From Trueperaceae bacterium (GTDB lineage: Bacteria; Deinococcota; Deinococci; Deinococcales; Trueperaceae), in the NCBI GenBank assembly GCA_965214405.1, contig OZ243956.1:3360001-3424000 (forward strand): 64,000 nucleotides of DNA, written 5' to 3'. The notes beneath the pieces are model-generated. The model had not been told where the DNA came from. It saw only the letters and a program-made list of their open reading frames with translations, and ran no database searches. The stretch's first letter is position 1, and the number at the start of each line of letters is the position of its first letter. The translations under genes were made by a program, and so were the position numbers. Positions 19,263 to 27,608 of this stretch are shown here, in pieces.

Positions 19263-20195
19263 ATGCTTCAACGTTCGCTGTTGCTACTTGCTCCCAAGAT
19301 TTTACGCTGGGAAACTCAAAAGTTGCCTAAGCCTGCTGGTAACGAGGTGCTGGTCCGCACCCTTTACGGCGCGGTGAGCGTCGGCACCGAAGTACCGCTC
19401 TACGCGGGTACGTCGCGGGGTGGCGTGACGGAATATCCCAAGATGACGGGCTACGAGAGTTACGGCGTGGTCGAGGCCTGCGGCCTGGCGGTGCGTGAAC
19501 TAAAAACAGGGGACAGGGTCGTCTCTTTTTACGGCCACCGGACGCACGCCAATGAGCCCGAAACCAGGTTCATTCGCGTACCGGAGGGGCTCGAGCCCTC
19601 CTTGGCGCTCCTCGTCATCCTCTCCTGCGACGTAAAAAAAGGGATTTCAAAAGTTGCGCCTGATAGAGGAGAACGGGTGCTCGTCACGGGTGCGGGCGCA
19701 ATAGGATTTCTCACTCTGTTCATGCTTAAAGCTCTCGGTGTTGAGGCTGTGAATGTGGTGGAAAGGCTGCCAGAACGGCTCGAGCTCGCCCGAACTTTAG
19801 GCGCGCAAAACGTGTGGAAGCCCGAGGAGGCTGAGGGCGCTGACGCCGTTTACGCGGTTGGATTTGAGTGCTCGAGCCGCGACGCCGCTTTCGCCCTTCT
19901 CCAGAACAAGCTTCTCCCCAACGGTCGCCTCTGCGTTCTCGCCGACGGCAATGTGGAGCCGCTGACGTTGACGCCAAAGTTTCACGAAAAAGAATTGGAG
20001 GTGGTGGGCTCGAGCGACGGCGTGGACTATCCCGGCCACGCCGAATGGTTTTACGCGCTGCCGGACCTGCCTAAGCTGGACGCGCTTTATGACCTCCGCG
20101 TGTCGGCGCTCGAGCTACCCAAGACTTTTGAGAGGATGGCGCGCGGGGAGATGCAGCCCGTCAAAATTTTGGTGACATATGAGGACGCCTTTTAG
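19263..20195 (+). CDS. Zinc-binding dehydrogenase-like (MDR) oxidoreductase
   Basis: VSVGTE, GYESYG, GDRV, GAGAIG motifs. Confidence 0.8.
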   Translation: MLQRSLLLLAPKILRWETQKLPKPAGNEVLVRTLYGAVSVGTEVPLYAGTSRGGVTEYPKMTGYESYGVVEACGLAVRELKTGDRVVSFYGHRTHANEPETRFIRVPEGLEPSLALLVILSCDVKKGISKVAPDRGERVLVTGAGAIGFLTLFMLKALGVEAVNVVERLPERLELARTLGAQNVWKPEEAEGADAVYAVGFECSSRDAAFALLQNKLLPNGRLCVLADGNVEPLTLTPKFHEKELEVVGSSDGVDYPGHAEWFYALPDLPKLDALYDLRVSALELPKTFERMARGEMQPVKILVTYEDAF

Positions 20196-20261
20196 ATTTG
20201 GATAGCTGTCAAGAGTAGAGGCAAGTAAGAGTAGGATAACGTTGTTATGTTATGATGCGTT

Positions 20262-20525
20262 ATGACGACCGTAAGCGAAAAGAAGCGCACGACCATCTAC
20301 ATGTCCCCGGAGGTGCTCGAGTATTTGGGCATTCGCCGCGCCAAGGGTGCGGGCAGCGTGTCGCAACAGCTTGAAGATTTGGTACGTGAGAAAATGCCGC
20401 GCCGTTTGAGCGGAGAAGATATCAAGGCGTTAGAAGCTCGAGACGTGGCGGGTTATCGGGCGCAGCCGCAGACGCAAGATGAGCTCGAGCCCTGGCTTAG
20501 CGAGCAGGTCTGGGCTGAGGAGTGA
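20262..20525 (+). CDS. Putative antitoxin (RHH-like)
   Basis: KKRTTIYM beta strand; acidic GY...EPW tail; GTGA overlap with the toxin gene. Confidence 0.7.
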   Translation: MTTVSEKKRTTIYMSPEVLEYLGIRRAKGAGSVSQQLEDLVREKMPRRLSGEDIKALEARDVAGYRAQPQTQDELEPWLSEQVWAEE

Positions 20526-20845
20526 AGCGCGGCGAGGTGCGCTGGTACACCTTCCGGGAGCCCGACAAGCGACGCCCGGTGCTCGTTCTCACCCGCAACA
20601 ACAGCATCGGCGTCTTGACCGCGCTGACCGTGGCTCCCATCACCTCGACCATCCGTGACGTGCCCTCGGAAGTCCTACTTAGTGAGGAAGACGGACTCAT
20701 GAACGAATGCGTCGTCAACCTGCACAGCCTGCAAACGGTACCCAAGGACAAGCTGGGACCGCATATCGCCACGCTATCTGGTGAGCGAATACGCGAGGTC
20801 GAGGCGGCTCTTTCTTTTGCACTCGGTTTTGAGGAGCTTGTGTGA
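20522..20845 (+). CDS. MazF/PemK family endoribonuclease toxin
   Basis: RGEVRW, KRRPVLVL, VAPITS motifs. Confidence 0.9.
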   Translation: MKRGEVRWYTFREPDKRRPVLVLTRNNSIGVLTALTVAPITSTIRDVPSEVLLSEEDGLMNECVVNLHSLQTVPKDKLGPHIATLSGERIREVEAALSFALGFEELV

Positions 20846-21567
20846 ATGAACCCCAGCCTCCAAATATGACCAACACCTACTCCCGCACATGGTTCGAGCT
20901 GTTTCTGGAAACGCAGCGGTTTACCGAACTCGAGACCGCCTTTATTACCCGCCACCTCCCCAACCCGCCCTATAACAAGGTGCTCGACTCGCCCTGCGGC
21001 AGGGGGCGGCACGCCAACGCGCTCGCCAAACGTGGGTATGAGGTGGTGGGGGTGGACATAGACGGGGCGGCGCTGGCTGTTGCTGAGCGGGAGGCGGCGG
21101 GCGCGGTTAAGTACATCGAGATGGACATGCGCCACATCGAAAGTTTGGATGCTGATTTTGATGCGGTGCTCTCGCTCTGGCAGAGTTTCGGTTACTTTGA
21201 CGAGACGACGAACCGCGACGTGCTCAAAGGGATGAGTGAACGCCTGCGTCCGAAAGGGCGCTTGATTTTAGACATCTACCACCGTGAGTTTTTCGAGGAG
21301 CGTGGGGGAACGGAGGTGCTCGAGCGCCTTGGCACCACCATCCGCGCGACGAACACCATGAAGGGCAACCGGCTCACCGCGCATTTGGAATATGAGGGTG
21401 GCGGCTCCGACACCTTTGACTGGCAGCTTTACACGCCGGACGAAATCACCACGCTCGCGGCGGCGTGCGGCCTGCGCCTCCTCTTAGCGTGTACATGGTT
21501 CGACGAGACCAAACCGCCCTCCCCGGAGGTCTCGAGGGTGCAGTTTGTCTTCGAAAAGAGAGCGTAA
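20842..21567 (+). CDS. Class I SAM-dependent methyltransferase
   Basis: VLDSPCGRGRH, GVD, DMR, SFGYF, LRPKGRL motifs. Confidence 0.85.
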   Translation: MNEPQPPNMTNTYSRTWFELFLETQRFTELETAFITRHLPNPPYNKVLDSPCGRGRHANALAKRGYEVVGVDIDGAALAVAEREAAGAVKYIEMDMRHIESLDADFDAVLSLWQSFGYFDETTNRDVLKGMSERLRPKGRLILDIYHREFFEERGGTEVLERLGTTIRATNTMKGNRLTAHLEYEGGGSDTFDWQLYTPDEITTLAAACGLRLLLACTWFDETKPPSPEVSRVQFVFEKRA

Positions 21568-21626
21568 AGGGCTCTATTTGAAGTAAATTCCGCGCCTTTT
21601 TGCCCAAAGCTCGTTACAATACCTTT

Positions 21627-23963
21627 GTGAATCTCTTAATCGGCCCGGCGGGGGCGGGCAAGACCGAGCGGTTGCTCGCGCGCGCGCGTGACGTGATGCG
21701 GGAGGGTAAGCGCGTCTGGTGGGTGGGGCTGCCGGGGCAGCGGGCTTATGTCTATAGGCGCGCGACGCGGGCGGGGGCGCTGTTGGGCTTGGAATTCCTC
21801 TCCTCACAGCAGGTCTACTACCGCCTCTTAGCGCGCGCCTTAAGGCTCAAGCCGCTGGTGGTCGGCACCGGGCGCGTGGCGCTGGTGGGGGAGGCGCTGT
21901 TGGAACTGCGCGGCGAACTGCCCGCGCCGGGTGAGGCGCGCTTATTCACTCGAGCCATCGCCGAAGCCAAGCGGTTTGGGGTGCTGGACGAGGATATCCA
22001 AGCTAAGGACGAGGAGACGAAGCGGTTTCGGGATGTGTTCAGGGTTTACGAAACCGTCAAGGGCGAACGGTGGGACTACGATGACTTCCGCACCGAGGCG
22101 CTGCGGTTGGCTAGAGCGGGCGAGGCGCAACCCGAGGCGGACTTAATCATCGTGGACGGGTTTCGGGAGGTGGGGCCGCTCGAGCTGGACCTGTTCAAGG
22201 CCCTCGGCCAGACCACCGAGCTGTGGCTGAGTCTACCCGAGGCCCCGCCCCTTGAAAAGCCGACCGAAATGTTGCCGCACAGGGAGAGCATGGGCGGGAG
22301 CACCCTCACCACCCACCGCGCGCCCAACCCGGTGAGCGAGGCGCGCTGGGTGCTGCGTTCCTTAAAGCGTGATTTGGCCGCGGGCCGCGACCCGCTTGAG
22401 CTGGCCGTCATTTTGCCCGACCGCGAGATTCGCGCGTTTCTGGCGCTTGCCGACGAGTACGGCGTGCCGACGATGGACGAGACGCCCAGGGCGCTCGCCG
22501 ACACGCTCGCGGGGCGGTTGCTGCTCGACTTGCTCGAGCTGCCCGACCACCCCACCGCCTCGAAGCTCTTGGCGCTCCCCGAACTCGCGCCGCTCGCCAA
22601 GGCTGCGCTGGACCGGGGCGTTGCCGGACTCCAAGCCATCACCACCCTGGCTGCGGAACTCGGGCTTTCCGGTCCCTTAAAGCGGTGGCTGGCGGTGCTC
22701 GAGGTGCCTGGCGAGCGGGTGGGCGACGAACTCGCCTGGGCTGAGGAGCTTCTTAATACGAGCTTGGTAGACGGTCGCCGTGACGAGGAGGGTCCCCTGG
22801 AGTGGCCGCGGTTCAAGGAGCACGCGCTGCAACGCGCCAAAGAGGCGAGCCGCATCGCCAAGGGCGCGTCGTTTCGCGCCTGGTGGGCGGCCTTGTTGCA
22901 TGAGACGTTTGTCTTTGATCGGCCTCGAGGCGGGGTCGCGGTGCTCAACGCGACGCTCGTGTCGGGGCGGCGTTTCGGGCGCGCCTATCTCATGCGCGCG
23001 GTCGAGGGCGCGTACAGCGTCGGGGAGGGCGAGGACTACTTCGTCCCTGAGGACGACCGCCAGCCGCTGCCGGTGGTGTTCGCACAGTATGGCCTGCCCA
23101 AACGTTTCCTTGGCCGTGACCGCGGGCTTTTTGCCGAACTCCTCACGCGTGCGGACGAGGTTGTCGTGACCTATCCCGAGGCGGACCAGGGCGGGCCCCT
23201 CGTGCCGCAGCGCGAACTCGTCGGCGCAGCGCCGACGCGCCTGCCGGACTTGGCGGCGGCGAGTCGGCTCGAGCTGCCCGGCACCTCCTACCGCGCCCCC
23301 TCGGAAGCCCTCAACTTGGGCACCATCTCGCTCCAAAACCTCATGCGCTACGACCGCTGCGCCTTTCAGTACTGGGCCGAGGCGCGGCTCAAAGAAGAGG
23401 GTGACGCGCCGTGGTGGCTAGCGCTCCTCAACGACATGCGCGACTACACGCGCCTGACGACTGCGCGGCTGGGGACGCTTCGGACAACCTACCCCGACGC
23501 GGCGGCGTGGCTGGACGTTTACGAAAAAGACCTCTCCCGCCTCCTCTTCGGCGTGACCTTACCCGAGGGTATGGAGAACCCCCACGCCCGCCTCGACGCG
23601 ACGCTGCGGCAGGGGAGCGAGGTCACGCTCTACCGTTTTGTCGAGCCCGGCACTGTCACCGATGAGGCGGGCGCGCAAGCTTATTTGCGAAAGCGTTGGA
23701 ACGAACTCTGGGCGGCGGGGTACACCCTCGAGCGCTACCGGGGCCGCGTGTCGGGCGTGCGCCTCGTTGTCTGGCCCATCCAGGGCGCGCCCCTTGACGC
23801 CTTTGGCGGCCCTATCACGTCCCTCCTGCGGCCTATTAAGAGCAGCCAATACAAGGCCGCGCGCGCCTACAGCCGCTTCGCCGCGGGCGACCTCTCGCCC
23901 TCCCCCGGTTTTATCTGCCGCGCGTGCCGCGTGTCGGACGTGTGTCGGGAGGGGCAGAGGTGA
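21627..23963 (+). CDS. addB: AddB-like subunit (inactive helicase fold plus Fe-S nuclease domain)
   Basis: GPAGAGKT, VDGF, YDRCAF plus CRACRVSDVC four-Cys staple; upstream of addA; TACAAT 6 nt before the GTG. Confidence 0.75.
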   Translation: MNLLIGPAGAGKTERLLARARDVMREGKRVWWVGLPGQRAYVYRRATRAGALLGLEFLSSQQVYYRLLARALRLKPLVVGTGRVALVGEALLELRGELPAPGEARLFTRAIAEAKRFGVLDEDIQAKDEETKRFRDVFRVYETVKGERWDYDDFRTEALRLARAGEAQPEADLIIVDGFREVGPLELDLFKALGQTTELWLSLPEAPPLEKPTEMLPHRESMGGSTLTTHRAPNPVSEARWVLRSLKRDLAAGRDPLELAVILPDREIRAFLALADEYGVPTMDETPRALADTLAGRLLLDLLELPDHPTASKLLALPELAPLAKAALDRGVAGLQAITTLAAELGLSGPLKRWLAVLEVPGERVGDELAWAEELLNTSLVDGRRDEEGPLEWPRFKEHALQRAKEASRIAKGASFRAWWAALLHETFVFDRPRGGVAVLNATLVSGRRFGRAYLMRAVEGAYSVGEGEDYFVPEDDRQPLPVVFAQYGLPKRFLGRDRGLFAELLTRADEVVVTYPEADQGGPLVPQRELVGAAPTRLPDLAAASRLELPGTSYRAPSEALNLGTISLQNLMRYDRCAFQYWAEARLKEEGDAPWWLALLNDMRDYTRLTTARLGTLRTTYPDAAAWLDVYEKDLSRLLFGVTLPEGMENPHARLDATLRQGSEVTLYRFVEPGTVTDEAGAQAYLRKRWNELWAAGYTLERYRGRVSGVRLVVWPIQGAPLDAFGGPITSLLRPIKSSQYKAARAYSRFAAGDLSPSPGFICRACRVSDVCREGQR

Positions 23964-24018
23964 GAGAGAAGGGAGAAGGGAGAAGGGAGACGGGGGATGG
24001 GCTTTGGGGTGAGCGGGC

Positions 24019-26853
24019 GTGAAGGTTCGGGTGGCGTCGGCTGGGACGGGGAAGACGACGTCGCTGGTGTTGCGGTACTTAGAACTCATCGGGTGCGGGA
24101 CGCCGCTGCGCCGGGTGGCGGGGGTGACGTTCACGCGTGCGGCGGCGGACGAGTTGCGGCAGCGGGTGGGGGGAGGGTTGCGCGAGCTGTTGGAGGCGGG
24201 GGAGTATCTGGATTATTCGCTCCGCGAACGCTCGAAGCCCGCATTTGAGGAGGCGCGGCTCGAGCTTGACGGGGCCACCCTCACGACCATCCACGGGTTT
24301 ATGAGCCACGCGCTCCGTTTGGTCGCCCCCACGATGGGGTTGGACCCGGACTTCGGCGGCTTGGGCGAATGGGAGGCGCGGGCGATGTTTGAGGAGGAGT
24401 GGCGGTCGCTGCGCTATCTTGCGGAGAGCCCCGAACACGGCCTCCACGCGGCCTGCGCTCTCCTGGGCGATGAAGCGGGCGACTTCCTCCTGACGCTTTT
24501 CGGCGCGCGCTCGCTCACCGAACGTTTTTCCCCCGGCGACCACCCCACCCACCAGGCGCTCCAAACGCTCTTTGAGGCGGTCTACAAACGCTACGAAATC
24601 CGCCTGGGCGCAGGGCTCTTGCCCCCGAGCGAAATTGAGCGGCGCGCGCTCAAGCTCGTGCGTAACTCCAAAGCTTTGGAGCGCTTAGCGCTGCGCTACC
24701 ACACGGTGCTGGTTGATGAGTTTCAGGACGTAAACCCGTTGCAGGGTGAGTTTTTCGAGCGGCTCGAGGGTGGCGGCTTGCATATCGAGGTCGTGGGCGA
24801 CCCCAAACAGTCCATCTACGGCTTTCGCAACGCGGACGTCGGCGTGTTCCGCCGCGCCTTGGAAGGGGCGCTAGCAAGTGATTCGGTGCTTCCGCCCCTT
24901 GACCAAACGCGGCGTCACGCGCTCGTTATCACCCGTTTTTTGAACCACATGACGGGCATCTTTGCCGCGGGTGGTCTAGGCTTCGGGCTCCTCGAGGCCC
25001 CCGAGGTGAGCACCGTGGGCACCCAGACGGAGGTGCAGGGCCGTGTCGAGCTTCACTGGGTGGTGGGCGACGCGCCCGTGGCTGATTTACGTGCTGCGGA
25101 GGCCGCTGTCTTAGCGGCTCGCTTAAAGGCGCTCCATGAACGCGGTCACGCCTACGGCGAGATGGCGGTGCTCGCCCGCTCTTATGCGGGTCTCGGCGTC
25201 ATCGAGACGGCGCTGCGCGCGGCGGGACTGCCGTACGTGCTCGTGCAGGGGCGCGGCTATTTTGAACGGCTCGAGGTCCGCGACCTCTACCACGCGCTCC
25301 ACGTCGGCATCGACGCCTCGGGTCTCTCCTTGGCTGCCTGGTTGCGGAGCCCCTTTGCTGGCTTAAACCTCGCCGACGTGGACCGCTTGCTCCTCGCTGA
25401 GAATCCCCTGGAAAGGCTCGAGGCCGATTTCCCTGAAGTATTTGGACGCCTGGAGCGCATCCGCCAGCAGGTGCGCGGTACGCCGCTGGACGCGCTTAAA
25501 TTCCTCGTCCGTGCGCCCTTTGTTGGCGGAAAGCGCTACGTGGACTTTTTGGACGCGCGAGCCCGCGAGAACGTAGACGCGCTCCTTTTTACCGTGGCGC
25601 AGGGGCCGCCCGGTGAGATTGAAATCTTGCTGGACAGGTTGGAACTCCTTAGCCGCCAGGCCGACGCGGGCGACGTGCCCCAGAGCGGCGAGGGCATCTC
25701 GCTCCTCACCGTCCACCGCGCCAAGGGGCTCGAGTGGCCCGTCGTCGCCGTGTTCGACATGGGCCGTCAAAACCGCGCGCAGACCGGGACGCTTTATGTG
25801 AGGCCCGACGGCGCGATTCACTGTTATGACAGTGGCGGTTTCGAGGAGGCGCGAAAGCTCGTAAAAGCGCGCGAGGAGGGCGAGAGCTACCGCCTCCTCT
25901 ACGTCGCCGCCTCTCGAGCCCGCGACGTGCTTCTCATGACCGGGAGCGTCAAGGGAAATAAAGCCGACGGCTGGGCCGACGCGCTCTGCGCCATGAACTT
26001 AGGCCCCGACACCAAGCCTTACACCCGCCCCGACTTCGTGTTGCAGACGCATTCGCACCACCCGACGCGCTTTGCGCCGCAACCCACAGGGCTCGAGCCC
26101 ACCCCCATCACCCCCGCCCCTTACATCGACCGGCACTTCCCGCGCCACACCCACCCGCCCGTCACCTCGCCCTCGGCGCTCAAAAGCTCGCTTAACTCTG
26201 ATGTACAACCCGGTTCTCAACCCGGCTCTCACCCCTTCTCTCACCCTAGTCCTCACGCTGGTGTTGATACCCTCGAGGCCCACGAACCCCTGCCCTTTTC
26301 CGACCCCGACGAGGGCGAAAGGCTGCCCGGACGCGCCACCACCGTGGGCACGCTGGTTCACTACGCCATCTCCCAAAACTGGAGCGCCACAAACACGCAG
26401 CACGTAGAAAACCTCCGCGCGCAGGAGGTGATGTTCCCCTTTTTGCCCGACGAGCAGGAGAGCATTCTGGATGAGGTCCGCACCCTCCTCGGTTCCTACG
26501 AAAGCCTCTTAGGTGAGGCGCTGCCCGCGCTTGAAGCGCGCGCCGAAGACCACGCCGAACTGCCGATGGCCCTCCCGCAGGGCGCGACCGTCTGGCAGGG
26601 CGTCATCGACCGCCTCTACTACGCGAACGGGGTCTGGATTTTGGAGGATTACAAAACAGACTACGTCATCGCGCCAGAGCGCTACCACTTTCAGCTTGCG
26701 GTCTACTTGAAGGCGGTTCAGGAGGTGCGGGGGGTGACGCCGCGGGTGCGGCTGGTGTATTTGCGGGAGGGCGAGGTGCTCGAGCTGGCGCACGAAACGT
26801 TGACGGAAGTTTTCGAGGGGGCTCGAGCTCAGGCCAAAGGGGGAAGCACTTGA
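24019..26853 (+). CDS. addA: AddA-like UvrD/SF1 helicase-nuclease
   Basis: ASAGTGKT, TFTRAAA, TIHGF, DEFQD, GDPKQSIYGFR, HRAKGLE, YVAASRA, GVID...EDYKT motifs. Confidence 0.85.
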   Translation: MKVRVASAGTGKTTSLVLRYLELIGCGTPLRRVAGVTFTRAAADELRQRVGGGLRELLEAGEYLDYSLRERSKPAFEEARLELDGATLTTIHGFMSHALRLVAPTMGLDPDFGGLGEWEARAMFEEEWRSLRYLAESPEHGLHAACALLGDEAGDFLLTLFGARSLTERFSPGDHPTHQALQTLFEAVYKRYEIRLGAGLLPPSEIERRALKLVRNSKALERLALRYHTVLVDEFQDVNPLQGEFFERLEGGGLHIEVVGDPKQSIYGFRNADVGVFRRALEGALASDSVLPPLDQTRRHALVITRFLNHMTGIFAAGGLGFGLLEAPEVSTVGTQTEVQGRVELHWVVGDAPVADLRAAEAAVLAARLKALHERGHAYGEMAVLARSYAGLGVIETALRAAGLPYVLVQGRGYFERLEVRDLYHALHVGIDASGLSLAAWLRSPFAGLNLADVDRLLLAENPLERLEADFPEVFGRLERIRQQVRGTPLDALKFLVRAPFVGGKRYVDFLDARARENVDALLFTVAQGPPGEIEILLDRLELLSRQADAGDVPQSGEGISLLTVHRAKGLEWPVVAVFDMGRQNRAQTGTLYVRPDGAIHCYDSGGFEEARKLVKAREEGESYRLLYVAASRARDVLLMTGSVKGNKADGWADALCAMNLGPDTKPYTRPDFVLQTHSHHPTRFAPQPTGLEPTPITPAPYIDRHFPRHTHPPVTSPSALKSSLNSDVQPGSQPGSHPFSHPSPHAGVDTLEAHEPLPFSDPDEGERLPGRATTVGTLVHYAISQNWSATNTQHVENLRAQEVMFPFLPDEQESILDEVRTLLGSYESLLGEALPALEARAEDHAELPMALPQGATVWQGVIDRLYYANGVWILEDYKTDYVIAPERYHFQLAVYLKAVQEVRGVTPRVRLVYLREGEVLELAHETLTEVFEGARAQAKGGST

Positions 26854-26925
26854 AAATCAGCAAAGCAGACATTTTTAGATGTTGGTGGCTTTCACCCTTT
26901 CTCTAAACGTCCTATAATCATTGCT

Positions 26926-27087
26926 ATGACCACGCTGCTTCAAAAAGCCTTGAGAAAAGTTGCCAAACTGTCGAACGCAGAACAAGACGAAATCGCTGTG
27001 GATATTTTGGCGAGGCTCGAGCGCGACGCTGTGTCAACGGAGGGTTTACAAATTTTCCCCTTTCCCCATACTATAATCCTCCTATGA
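26926..27087 (+). pseudogene. Truncated antitoxin-like ORF (53 aa)
   Basis: MTTLLQKALRKVAKLSNAEQDEIAVDILARLE resembles small TA antitoxin N-termini; TATAAT upstream; tail after CTCGAG looks non-coding. Confidence 0.5.
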
Positions 27088-27302
27088 CAAATACCGAAAC
27101 GCTCGAGATTCAGTATGTTTCCGATCAGGAAGGTAACCTCACCGGCGTCTTCGTTCCTATCGCGCTTTGGCAAGACCTCGAGGCAGAACTCGAGACACGT
27201 TACCTGCTGCAAAGTAGCGCGATGCGTGAGCGGCTGCTGGAGGCGAGAGCGCGTGACGGGGGTGTCCCTTTAGAGGAGACGCTTGAAAAGTTTGGAGTTT
27301 GA
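27084..27302 (+). CDS. YefM-like antitoxin
   Basis: ETRYLLQSSAMRERLLEA YefM C-terminal motif; overlaps the toxin gene. Confidence 0.75.
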   Translation: MTNTETLEIQYVSDQEGNLTGVFVPIALWQDLEAELETRYLLQSSAMRERLLEARARDGGVPLEETLEKFGV

Positions 27303-27537
27303 CGCCGCGTTCGAGGATCTGGCGTGGTGGGTGGAGCAGGACCGTAAGCTAGCTCTTCGCATCATCAAGCTCATTCGTGAGGTGCAGCGAACGCTTTTCA
27401 AGGGTACAGGTAAACCGGAAGCGCTCAAGCACGAACTCAAGGGTTGTGGGTCACGCCGAACCAACAAAGAGTATCGGCTCGTTTATGAAGTGAAAGAAGA
27501 CAAGATTCGGATTTTGGCCTGCCGTTACCATTACTGA
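27283..27537 (+). CDS. yoeB: Txe/YoeB family toxin
   Basis: AFEDLAWW, GTGKPE.LK, RLVY, CRYHY C-terminus. Confidence 0.88.
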   Translation: MKSLEFDAAFEDLAWWVEQDRKLALRIIKLIREVQRTLFKGTGKPEALKHELKGCGSRRTNKEYRLVYEVKEDKIRILACRYHY

Positions 27538-27608
27538 TGTTTGGAGGGGCTCGAGCCCAGCTCTCCAAACTAAACGGACGTGCCTGGACCGGGCTTAATT
27601 CAAATCCT

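Noticed and set aside
21627..26853. Helicase-nuclease pair as a new defence system
   Set aside because: Architecture and gene order match housekeeping AddAB
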